From an uncultured cyanobacterium (GTDB lineage Bacteria; Cyanobacteriota; Cyanobacteriia; Cyanobacteriales; CAWUOF01), in contig CAVUSO010000001.1 of the NCBI GenBank assembly GCA_963744145.1, positions 7,328,001 through 7,392,000 of the forward strand: 64,000 nucleotides of DNA, written 5' to 3'. Positions within the stretch are counted from its first letter, which is position 1, and each line of letters starts with the position of its first letter. Of the stretch, positions 41,900 to 50,425 are shown one piece after another. The notes under the pieces are model-generated. The model was not told where the DNA came from. It worked only from the letters and a program-made list of their open reading frames with translations, and searched no databases. The translations under genes were made by a program, and so were the position numbers.

Positions 41900-42189
41900 A
41901 TTAGTCAACCTGGGCAATAATTTCTGCGGTATGTCTTTCAGATCAGATATCTTTGGGGGATAGAATAGAAAGATAGCAAAATTTGGGTAAACTATCTTCA
42001 CTTGGCAGATTAAGTTTGATTACATTAGAGATAGCGATCGCAATTATATCACAAGCGATCGCCAAAAATTATCACAACTAGAATCGCGAAATCCATTTAT
42101 ACTGTTTGAATAAGGCGATCGCAATATCAACCACCTACTTAAATACTATTATTTACGGATCACCTTGATCAAACTGCCATCATAAAGGA

Positions 42190-42450
42190 ATGAAGACCAC
42201 CAACTATTTTAATAATTTTGCTTCTCAAAAGCATTCTGAAATTCAACCAGAATGGATCGAGCGAGTATTAACCAATCCGGTTAAAAAACAAGTACAAACC
42301 AATAATCGGATATGTTACTGGGGTAATATTGAAGAAGCGGAAGGTCGAGTTTTACGGGTAATTACTCTGGAGGATGGAGAAACTGTTCATAATGCTTTCT
42401 TTGATCGTAACTTTTACAAACGACAACAGCGAGGTGAAGAACCACGATGA
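42190..42450 (+). CDS. Putative toxin (DUF4258/RelE-BrnT-like)
   Basis: 86 aa, EWIERVLTNP...GRVLRVITLEDGETVHNAFFDR; ATGA overlap with a DUF2283 gene. Confidence 0.7.
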   Translation: MKTTNYFNNFASQKHSEIQPEWIERVLTNPVKKQVQTNNRICYWGNIEEAEGRVLRVITLEDGETVHNAFFDRNFYKRQQRGEEPR

Positions 42451-42653
42451 AGATTCAATATTTTTCTGATACTGATACCTTAGCGATCGCCCTAACCAAC
42501 AAAACCGTAGTTTTTACCGACGCAATTACTGACGATCTCATCTTAGATTATGACGATGAAGGTAAAATAGTCGCTATTACCATCGATAACTATTCTAAAA
42601 ATGTCGATGCTGTTAATCTTCAAACTTTCAATTTACCTGTGTTAAGTCTCTAG
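42447..42653 (+). CDS. DUF2283-family putative antitoxin
   Basis: MKIQYFSDTDTL...LDYDDEGKIVAITI. Confidence 0.8.
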   Translation: MKIQYFSDTDTLAIALTNKTVVFTDAITDDLILDYDDEGKIVAITIDNYSKNVDAVNLQTFNLPVLSL

Positions 42654-42849
42654 TTTCCCATCTAGCGATCATAGTTATCAATAGCGATCGCGACTATCTG
42701 GCCGTCTCTTGTTACTGGATGCGATCGTTAATCAATCAGAAAATGGGAGATAATGCGATCGCGAAAACTTGAAATATTCCTCTTTTTTAGCAGATATGCG
42801 ATCGCGTTCATAGGATAAGAAAACTACATAAATATGTGCTAATTTTTCT

Positions 42850-43750
42850 ATGCGTCGAGACTCAATCTTTTACAAACTCTTCCAACAGTCACCCACCCTA
42901 TTGTTCGACTTACTCCCAAATTCTCCTAGGAATGCCAACGAATACCGTTTTGACTCAGTAGCAGTCAAAGAACCAAAATTTGAGATCGATGGAGTATTTC
43001 TGCCACCAGATACGAGCAATGTAGGTATTATTTATTTCTGTGAGGTCCAATTTCAGAAAGATCAAAAGTTATATGAACGCTTATTCAGTGAAGTATTTTT
43101 ATACTTCTACCGGAATCGAAAGCGTTATGCTGACTGGCAAGCAGTAATAATTTATCCAACACGCAAGCTCGAACAGAATAATCTTCATCCCTATCGGGCA
43201 CTGCTCAACTGCGATCAGGTGCATCGAGTATATCTAAATAAACTAGGGGAGATGGGACAGTTACCTTTAGGGATAGCATTAATGCTCCTGACAACTGTCG
43301 AAGAAGAACAAGCAGTCTTAGAAGCACAATATTTACTGGTGCGTGTCCAACAAGAAATCACCGAGCCACAAACAAGTCGTGCCATAATAGAGCTGATCGC
43401 AACAATCATGGTCTACAAATTTACTAATTTAAGTAAACCGGAGGTTTTAGCAATGATCGGAGTGGAATTACAGGAAACTAGAATTTATCGTGAAATTAAA
43501 GAAGAAGGACGACTTGAAGGACAACAAGAAGGACGACTTGAAGGACGACTTGAAGGACGACAGCAGGAAGCTACTAATCTAGTTCTTCGTCTTTTGTTGC
43601 GTCGTGTGGGAGAGTTATCTGAAAGATCTCAGAGGACGCATTTCCCATCTACCCTTATCGGTGCTGGAAGATTTAAGTGAGGCGCTATTGGATTTTCATA
43701 GTCGGGATGATTTGTTAGCTTGGTTAGAGGTTCAATCCGGACAATCTTGA
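42850..43750 (+). pseudogene. Rpn-family (DUF2887) nuclease/putative transposase with C-terminal DUF4351, +1 frameshift at ~43622-43624
   Basis: MRRDSIFYKLFQ, IDGVF, EVQFQ, EGRL repeats. The shifted frame gives DLRGRISHLPLSVLEDLSEALLDFHSRDDLLAWL*. Confidence 0.85.
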
Positions 43751-43766
43751 TTCTTCCTCTTTTTAT

Positions 43767-43806
43767 AACAGAGATGGGAACCAAGCTACCTTGGCGAAAA
43801 TAAGAG
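43767..43806 (+). repeat. 40-bp direct repeat, right copy (att-like)
   Basis: AACAGAGATGGGAACCAAGCTACCTTGGCGAAAATAAGAG, exactly 2800 bp from the left copy. Confidence 0.9.
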
Positions 43807-43988
43807 ATACAATTCTAAAAAATTTTCCTCAAATCATCGACATAGTTCCGGTGAAACGTCTCTATTTATCATCTTTTATAGCGTCTTCCAGATGTCTGAA
43901 GTATAGCATAATCAGGCTATCCCCTGTAATTCATGCGATCGTAAAAATGGATAGTCAACGAATTTATAATCACAATCAACCAGGATTT

Positions 43989-44048
43989 GTAGGGGCAGGT
44001 TCACCAATCAATTCTGCTGCAAACCGATCACGATCATAAACCTGCCCA
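43989..44048. repeat. REP-like inverted pair
   Basis: GTAGGGGCAGGTTCACC...AAACCTGCCC. Confidence 0.65.
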
Positions 44049-44059
44049 ACCAACACAGA

Positions 44060-44449
44060 TCAATCACAAGCAACTTTCACCGATCGCCATTCACGCCAAA
44101 TCTTATGGTCAACCCATCCGACCCCACCGATCGACTCGCACAATGGAGAGAGCAAGAGACGGGGAACAGCAATCCAAGGTAAATTAGAGATAAAATTCTC
44201 TGACAAAAAATACAGCAAATGGGGAGTAACTGCCAAGGGGAAAGCCGCATAATCAGCTAAATTAAAATATTCAGGGAAATAATCGGCAAATTTAGATAAT
44301 TTCTCGATCGCTTCTTCATAATCGGGTTTTTCCCGATGTTGATCTAAGACTTCATCTAATTTCTCCCAAGATATATAATCAATTTCTAGCTCTAATGACG
44401 ATTCAGTGAAATTTGTCTCAGTAATTGGTTGTCCTCGCAGCGATCGCAC
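44060..44449 (-). pseudogene. Gene fragment with YAAFPLAVTPHLLY...PWIAV..LLLSPLC motif
   Basis: Motif resembles a helical region I recall from larger cyanobacterial multidomain proteins; flanked by repeats; no good start. Confidence 0.45.
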
Positions 44450-44454
44450 AGATT

Positions 44455-44540
44455 GACCTCTCCCCCAACCCCTCTCCTAAGAGGAAAGGGGAGTAAAAAT
44501 GATCTTTCTCCCTAGGGAAGGGGGTTGGGGGGTTAGGTTT
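44455..44540. repeat. CCCCC/GGGGG hairpin dispersed repeat
   Basis: CCTCTCCCCCAACCCCTCTCCTAAGAGGAAAGGGGAG...GGGAAGGGGGTTGGGGGGTTAGG. Confidence 0.75.
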
Positions 44541-44718
44541 TTCTTTCAGCCAAAAATAACTTATCCCCGTTTCATAAATTGGCACTACAGATGATCCGGG
44601 GACTATCTGTAGTCAGAATGGCAAGAATTTGTATTATCTTTTCATACTTTTTCAGTAAACCCTATCTATAAGGCTTTTCCCTATTCTCCCAGCTCAAAAA
44701 CTTTTTTGCCTTCAACCC

Positions 44719-44760
44719 TTGACAATCTTGTAGTATGTATGTAGTATATAAATGTAGGAC
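44719..44760 (+). promoter_or_regulatory. Sigma70-type promoter of the tRNA array overlapped by TGTAGTAT direct repeats
   Basis: TTGACA (44719-44724), 17 bp, TAGTAT (44742-44747); TGTAGTAT at 44729 and 44740, TGTAGGAC at 44753. Confidence 0.8.
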
Positions 44761-44834
44761 GAAAGGGAAACCGCTAAAAAGCTGCAACCGGGAACTATCT
44801 GTACATTGAAAACTGAATAATGCTGAAAAACCAT

Positions 44835-44909
44835 AGCGGGATAGAGTAGTGGTCACTCACGAGTCTCATAAGCTCGTCTAGGAAGGTTCAAATCCTTCTC
44901 CCGCGTCCA
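44835..44909 (+). tRNA. tRNA-Met(CAT), initiator-like 1:72 mismatch, CCA encoded
   Basis: Acceptor AGCGGGA/TCCCGCG; anticodon arm CGAGT-CTCATAA-GCTCG; T-loop TTCAAAT. Confidence 0.85.
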
Positions 44910-44914
44910 AATCT

Positions 44915-45003
44915 GGAGAGGTGGTCCGAGGGGTTTATGGCATCTGTCTGCTAAACAGAATCGGTTTTTAATACCGACACAGGTTCAAATCCTGTTCTCT
45001 CCG
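44915..45003 (+). tRNA. tRNA-Ser(GCT)
   Basis: GGAGAGG/TCTCTCC; TCTGT-CTGCTAA-ACAGA; long variable arm. Confidence 0.88.
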
Positions 45004-45009
45004 CTTGAT

Positions 45010-45084
45010 CCCCCGGTAGCTCAGTTTGGTCAGAGCATCCGTTTGAAGCACGGAGGGTCGTCAGTTCGATCCTGACCTGGGGGG
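45010..45084 (+). tRNA. tRNA-Phe(GAA)
   Basis: CCCCCGG/CTGGGGG; TCCGT-TTGAAGC-ACGGA. Confidence 0.88.
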
Positions 45085-45091
45085 TTGAAAT

Positions 45092-45163
45092 TGCCTCATA
45101 GCTCAATGGCAGAGCGAGCGGCTGTTAACCGTGAGGTTGTAGGTTCAAGTCCTACTGAGGCAG
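45092..45163 (+). tRNA. tRNA-Asn(GTT)
   Basis: TGCCTCA/TGAGGCA; GCGG-CTGTTAA-CCGT. Confidence 0.9.
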
Positions 45164-45183
45164 TTTGGATTCGTTTAATAAAT

Positions 45184-45257
45184 TGAGGAGTCGCCTAATT
45201 GGTATGGCACCGCTCTTTGAAAGCGGAAAAGCGCAGGTTCGATCCCTGCCTCCTCAG
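45184..45257 (+). tRNA. tRNA-Gln(TTG)
   Basis: TGAGGAG/CTCCTCA; CCGCT-CTTTGAA-AGCGG. Confidence 0.9.
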
Positions 45258-45288
45258 TTTCTGGCATTGCTAGAAATTATCATAACTC

Positions 45289-45364
45289 GCTCCTGTAGCC
45301 CAATCGGAAGTAGGCGGCTGCCTTAAAACCAGTCTAGTGTGAGTTCGAGTCTCACGCCTGAGCA
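45289..45364 (+). tRNA. tRNA-Leu(TAA), degenerate or pseudo
   Basis: D and T arms intact, loop CTTAAAA; acceptor stem mispaired (GCTCCTG vs GCCTGAGC); C:C mismatch in the anticodon stem. Confidence 0.65.
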
Positions 45365-45368
45365 TACA

Positions 45369-45442
45369 CGGGATGTAATTCAGTGGTCAAGAAGCCTTGG
45401 TTTGGGGCCAAGGAGTCGTTGGTTCAAATCCAACCATCCCGA
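45369..45442 (+). tRNA. tRNA-Pro(TGG)
   Basis: CGGGATG/CATCCCG; CTTGG-TTTGGGG-CCAAG. Confidence 0.9.
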
Positions 45443-45446
45443 TTTT

Positions 45447-45520
45447 ACCCCTGTGATGTAATAGGAAAACATCACTTGTCGAGAACGAGTGTTTTAGAGG
45501 TTCAAGCCCTCTCAGGGGTA
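45447..45520 (+). tRNA. tRNA-Leu(GAG), short variable loop, C33
   Basis: ACCCCTG/CAGGGGT; ACTTG-TCGAGAA-CGAGT. Confidence 0.75.
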
Positions 45521-45564
45521 CTTGGCTCAAAGCCAATTTTTGCTACTCTCAGGAGTATTTATTG

Positions 45565-45639
45565 GGGTCGTTGGCAGAGCGGATATGTAGCTCCCTTTTA
45601 AGGAGACTGATCCAGGTTCAACCCCTGGGCGACCCACCA
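45565..45639 (+). tRNA. tRNA-Lys(TTT), CCA encoded
   Basis: GGGTCGT/GCGACCC; CTCC-CTTTTAA-GGAG. Confidence 0.85.
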
Positions 45640-45708
45640 ATTAGACACAGATCATCATAAAAAGGAGTAAAAAAATGTCTCAACGGCTAGAATTAAACAT
45701 ATCAAGAG

Positions 45709-46032
45709 ATGACTTTCGCAGTTGGAGCAAACCAAAATCTATCCTGTGAACTTTGCGAAAGAGAGATGGAACGTTTAACCGCCCATCACCTTATTCCCAG
45801 ACAAAGTACCAAACGCCAGAAAATAGAAACAAGTCCAACGATCGATATCTGTTCAGCTTGCCATCGCCAAATCCATGCTTTATTTGATAACAAATATCTC
45901 GCTAAAGAACTAAATACCCTAGAAAAGCTGAAGCAAGAACCGCAAATGCAAAAATTTCTTGCTTGGGTGAAAAAACAAGATCCGGGTAAGCGGGTAAGAG
46001 TTCATCGGCAAAATCAGAAAAATTTCCCTTGA
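45709..46032 (+). CDS. Small HNH endonuclease-like protein inside the tRNA array
   Basis: CELCER...HHLIPR...CSACHRQIH. Confidence 0.88.
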   Translation: MTFAVGANQNLSCELCEREMERLTAHHLIPRQSTKRQKIETSPTIDICSACHRQIHALFDNKYLAKELNTLEKLKQEPQMQKFLAWVKKQDPGKRVRVHRQNQKNFP

Positions 46033-46058
46033 ATAAATCTTTCATTCTTGCTATTGTT

Positions 46059-46133
46059 GCCCCTGTGATGTAATTGGAAAACATCACTCGCTTAGAACGA
46101 GTGTTTTTGCAGGTTCGATGCCTGTCAGGGGTA
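46059..46133 (+). tRNA. tRNA-Leu(TAG), short variable loop
   Basis: GCCCCTG/CAGGGGT; ACTCG-CTTAGAA-CGAGT; paralog of 45447..45520. Confidence 0.82.
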
Positions 46134-46141
46134 TGATTAAC

Positions 46142-46209
46142 CTAAATGTGGTGTCAATGGCAAACGGTCTTGTCAACCGTCTATGCGATTTCAACCCTCA
46201 CCAGATCCA
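46142..46209 (+). pseudogene. Possible eroded tRNA (TGT anticodon, Thr-like)
   Basis: Perfect ACGGT-CTTGTCA-ACCGT arm and TTCAACC T-loop remnant; acceptor and D arms broken. Confidence 0.4.
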
Positions 46210-46612
46210 TGAATAGACCGGAACGATTACTAATCTGGTTGTATGAATATTTACCATTCCCCTTCAATAGTTCATGCGATCGCACATTCTCCTTAACCAT
46301 CAGTAAACTTACTCAGTTTATTAGTACCTATTTTGCTAGGATAAAAAATTTATGATTACCGTGATGTAGCTCACACTAAATCAATGATTAACCTGAACAT
46401 TCTCTTGGTATTATATCACATTTGGTAAGAGATTTACATCACTAAAATCCATCAATAATATCACAACTTACCCAGACCGACATCACCTAGATCAACTTGG
46501 CGATCGCCGATGCTATAATAAAATAAAAAAATAAATATCTGTACTAAAAATCAATTAGTCTAGTAAAATGGCTAGTTATTCGCGGCAACTCTCGGCTCAG
46601 GTGAGAGGACTA

Positions 46613-47494
46613 ATGATGTTTAATCCTACTGAAATATTAATTAGTGACTTCGTCCAACAGTTAAAAACTGGCTACCATCGCACTTATGGGGGCTACAAAC
46701 AAGACTATGCAGAAATTTTAGCCTGGGCGGGCAGCATGGCCCTAGAGAATATTGCCAATAGTGATGCTCTCTATCATAATGTTGAACATACAATTTTTGT
46801 GACCTTAGTGGGTCAGGAAATTTTGCGTGGTAAGCATATCCGTGAGGGTGGAGTTTCCTGTGAAGATTGGCTCTACTTTATCATTTCCTTGGTCTGTCAT
46901 GATATTGGTTATGTGAAAGGAGTTTGTCGCCACGATTTATCCGAAAATTCCTTATATGCTACGGGTGTGAATGGCACAATGGTTCGCTTGCCAGTTGGCT
47001 CAACTGATGCAAGTCTTACTCCTTATCATGTAGATCGGGGTAAACTTTTTATTGAAGAACGGTTCGGTGGTCATAAACTGATTGACGCGGAACAGATTAA
47101 GTATAATATTGAACTCACTCGTTTTCCAGTTCCAAATGATGAAGATCATCAAGATACCATCAATTATCCTGGTTTAGTTCGCGCTGCTGATTTAATCGGG
47201 CAACTCAGTGACCCACGCTATCTGCAAAAGATTAGTGCCTTGTTTTATGAATTTGAAGAAACTGGTACTAATAAAGTTTTAGGTTATAGTCATCCTGGAG
47301 ACTTGCGCCAAAATTATCCTAAGTTTTACTGGAATGTAATCTATCCCTATATTCAAAATTCTGTACCTTACTTAAATCTAACTCAGTGCGGTAAACAGAT
47401 TTTAGCCAATCTGTATGCGAATGTGTTTGCGGTGGAACATTCTCTCTTGGAAACAATGGTAATCCCTACTGCTAATCAAGCGATCGCTAATTAA
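46613..47494 (+). CDS. HD-domain metal-dependent phosphohydrolase (Npun_R2479-like)
   Basis: DALYHNVEHT, CHDIGY, RAADLIGQ; start may be 46568. Confidence 0.88.
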   Translation: MMFNPTEILISDFVQQLKTGYHRTYGGYKQDYAEILAWAGSMALENIANSDALYHNVEHTIFVTLVGQEILRGKHIREGGVSCEDWLYFIISLVCHDIGYVKGVCRHDLSENSLYATGVNGTMVRLPVGSTDASLTPYHVDRGKLFIEERFGGHKLIDAEQIKYNIELTRFPVPNDEDHQDTINYPGLVRAADLIGQLSDPRYLQKISALFYEFEETGTNKVLGYSHPGDLRQNYPKFYWNVIYPYIQNSVPYLNLTQCGKQILANLYANVFAVEHSLLETMVIPTANQAIAN

Positions 47495-47524
47495 AGATTT
47501 TGGTAATTTTAACTAGGTTTTTAA

Positions 47525-47550
47525 TTGGGTGAAACTGCTTTTTCACCCAA
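47525..47550. terminator. Hairpin between convergent genes
   Basis: TTGGGTGAAA-ctgctt-TTTCACCCAA. Confidence 0.6.
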
Positions 47551-47563
47551 ATGATATTTCTGA

Positions 47564-48034
47564 TTAGTTCAACCGCGCAGTACATTCCAAAAGTAGTTTT
47601 TGATTAATTAAAGCATAAGGTTGAATTTCTAAGGCTTGACGAAATGCTTGAATAGCACTCCGATAATCTCCCAATGCTGCGTAACATAATCCTAATCCGT
47701 GCCAAGCTCCAAAATGGATGGGATTGAGACGAATTACTTCTTGACAATCAGCGAGAGACTTGTTGTATTGCCCAGTAGTAAAATATAGTACCGCTCTGCG
47801 ATTCCAGACTTCAGCAAAATCAGGCATTTTGGCGATCGCTTCCGTTAGGAGTGCTTCTGCTTGAGTTATTTCTCCTGTTTCTACTAACGATTCAGCACGT
47901 CTGAGTAGTTCAAACCCAATTGCTCCCTTTTGCTGAAACCAGATCTGCCATAATTGGGATGTTGCCTGATTGCGGATTGTTTCATCAGGATCTTTGAGAT
48001 TTTCCAATAACTTAGGGATAGATGATTTATCCAT
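47564..48034 (-). CDS. TPR protein
   Basis: ATSQLWQIWFQQKG, AEVWNRRA, HFGAWHGLG; ATG at 48034 preferred. Confidence 0.88.
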   Translation of the reverse strand: MDKSSIPKLLENLKDPDETIRNQATSQLWQIWFQQKGAIGFELLRRAESLVETGEITQAEALLTEAIAKMPDFAEVWNRRAVLYFTTGQYNKSLADCQEVIRLNPIHFGAWHGLGLCYAALGDYRSAIQAFRQALEIQPYALINQKLLLECTARLN

Positions 48035-48064
48035 ATTTCTGTCGTTTTTACAGCCTAATATCAA

Positions 48065-50020
48065 TTATACATTTTTGCTGATCATGTTCCAATTGAGAGT
48101 CGATTTCAGATGGGAGCTATTTTTAGACATCTGCTCTAAATCCAGATTTTTGGGCGCTAAAAACTCTCCAGAGCCAAAAGACTGATCTGATGACAAATAA
48201 ATCGGAAATTCAATGATAAATTCTACTCCTCCTTGAGGTGGGGTTTGAATTAAAATTTGACCTTGATGTACTTTTACCACAATTTGATAACTAATCGCCA
48301 GTCCTAATCCTGTTCCTTTACCAATTGGTTTAGTCGTAAAAAATGGATCAAATATTTTGGATTTAATTTCCTCGGAAATCCCGACCCCATTATCAGCGAT
48401 CGCGATCCTGACCCAATCGTTTAATTTGGATACTATTTGCGTGGTAATGGTGATTTTTTTATCTGGTTTATCTCCAGCTTCTAAAGCATCAATTGCATTA
48501 CTCAGGATACTCATAAAAACTTGATTTAGTTGGCTATGGTAACATTCGATTAATGGTAAATCTCCATAATTTTTGATGACCTGAATGCGATCTTTCAGTT
48601 TATGCTGTAGGAATAATAAAGCATTATCTAAACCTTCATGTAAATTCGCTTTTTTATATTCTGCTTCATCTAAGCGAGAAAAATTTCGTAAGGATAAAAT
48701 CATCTGGCTAATCCGTTCAGAACCGATGTTGATCGAATTGAGCATCAGGGGTAAATCATTGGCAATATATTCTAATTCTATTTCAGTTTCAAAAGTAGTA
48801 ATTTCTGAATTTAGTCCAGCAAAATTGTCCCTATATAAATTTACCAACTGCATTAATTTTTCCACATATTCACGAACATAAGGTAAATTCCCATAAATAA
48901 AACTTACAGGATTATTGATTTCATGAGCTAGCCCAGCTACAATTAAGCCTAAACTAGACATTTTTTCGCTTTGTACTAATTGCACTTGAGTTTGTTTTAA
49001 GCTGGCTAAAGTTTGGTTGAGCTCTTCTGCTTGTTGGGAGAGAAGTTGAACTTGTGTTTGCGTTTTTTCAAATAACTGAATCTGTCTCCATGTACCGACT
49101 AGCGCGATCGCAATCAATATTCCTAAAATTGTGGCTAGAAAATTAAGAGAGTTGAGTTGGGATTCGAGATTTTCGCGGGGAATAACTAGAGCAATTGACC
49201 AGTCAGCTTCATCCAAAGGTGCATAAGCAACATATTGCCAAATTCCATCGATTTGAGCTAAGTCAATTCCTTCCTTTTTATTGACCATGTTCCGTGCGAT
49301 CGCTTGGAGAGCAGAATCTTTAGCTTCAATAAAACTAGAAGCAGGTTTTTCTAGAGTTCCCCTTAATTTTGGATCAGGATGGACAATTATCCTTCCTTCA
49401 GAATTAAGTGCAAAAGCATAACTACCTTTTCCTTGTTTAAGCTGATTCACCACCTCAACGACCCGATTGATTTTAATTGCACCACCAAGTACCATTTTGG
49501 GTTGAGCATTATTAATAATAGGGGCACTAATAATGATTTGGACAATTCCTGTAGTCCGACTAATCAGAGGATCAGAAACATAAACTTTTCCAGCTAGAGA
49601 TTTTTGAAACCAGACCCGATCCAAAATATTTTGACCAGGGGCAAAACCTACTTTAGTAGTAAAATAGGAACCATCAGAGTTAACATAGGTAATATGACTA
49701 TATTCTTGCAGACGTTCTACCTCTGATTTTAAATAAGGTCTAGCTCTTTCCCAATTCATAGATTGCACGATAGGAGAATGAGCAATCGTTTCTACTTCAG
49801 CTTTACGGGTAGCTAACCATTGATCAATATCATTAATACCTTGTTTAACTTCTAATAAAGCTTTTTCTCTTAAATGTCCCAAAATTAGCTCTCGGACAAT
49901 TTCATAACTGATTAATGCTATGGTACTAACTGCTAAAGTTGTTCCCACTAGAATTAAAAAAACTGCTAAATGACGTGATCGCGGCTTTTTTTGGTGGAGA
50001 ATTTGCCATAGAGAGGACAT
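48065..50020 (-). CDS. Cache-domain sensor histidine kinase
   Basis: Two TMs flanking a Cache-like region ([19 protein letters not shown]); [25 protein letters not shown]. Confidence 0.92.
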   Translation of the reverse strand: MSSLWQILHQKKPRSRHLAVFLILVGTTLAVSTIALISYEIVRELILGHLREKALLEVKQGINDIDQWLATRKAEVETIAHSPIVQSMNWERARPYLKSEVERLQEYSHITYVNSDGSYFTTKVGFAPGQNILDRVWFQKSLAGKVYVSDPLISRTTGIVQIIISAPIINNAQPKMVLGGAIKINRVVEVVNQLKQGKGSYAFALNSEGRIIVHPDPKLRGTLEKPASSFIEAKDSALQAIARNMVNKKEGIDLAQIDGIWQYVAYAPLDEADWSIALVIPRENLESQLNSLNFLATILGILIAIALVGTWRQIQLFEKTQTQVQLLSQQAEELNQTLASLKQTQVQLVQSEKMSSLGLIVAGLAHEINNPVSFIYGNLPYVREYVEKLMQLVNLYRDNFAGLNSEITTFETEIELEYIANDLPLMLNSINIGSERISQMILSLRNFSRLDEAEYKKANLHEGLDNALLFLQHKLKDRIQVIKNYGDLPLIECYHSQLNQVFMSILSNAIDALEAGDKPDKKITITTQIVSKLNDWVRIAIADNGVGISEEIKSKIFDPFFTTKPIGKGTGLGLAISYQIVVKVHQGQILIQTPPQGGVEFIIEFPIYLSSDQSFGSGEFLAPKNLDLEQMSKNSSHLKSTLNWNMISKNV

Positions 50021-50147
50021 TTTGCTATTTCCCGATTAAAGCAGGTATGATGATTCTCTCCGACATCATTCTACCTAGTCAACCAACCTTATGCCCAACC
50101 ACAACAGCCCCGTTTAGCTGCTAGCTTGCTTTATTCCCAATTCATAA

Positions 50148-50229
50148 TGCGGATGAAAGGACTTGAACCTTCACTCCTTTCAGAACCAGAACCTAAATCT
50201 GGCGCGTCTGCCAATTTCGCCACATCCGC
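50148..50229 (-). tRNA. tRNA-Leu(TAG), canonical long variable arm
   Basis: GCGGATG/CATCCGC; CCAGA-TTTAGGT-TCTGG. Confidence 0.95.
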
Positions 50230-50425
50230 ACACTTGATCTACTATAACATAAAACTACTGACGCGCAAGATATTTTCCCAAATTAGCCAAAAAAAAATAA
50301 TCAGGATAACTCCCAAATCATCTTGCTGTAGAATAAGGCTTATAATACTCTCAGTAAAAATTAGGGCAAGTTTAGCCCAGACAATTCAGTAAAAACAACC
50401 AACCAAAAGTACCTATTGACAGTAA

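Noticed and set aside
43504..43560. 12-bp tandem repeat GAAGGACGACTT
   Set aside because: Ordinary EGRL/EGQQ linker typical of Rpn-family proteins.
45383..45601. 72-aa ORF (also 44662..44856 and 50126..50392)
   Set aside because: Overlap tRNA genes or the array promoter; spurious.
50148..50229. tRNA-Leu as an integration site
   Set aside because: No duplicated 3' end or integrase found in the window.
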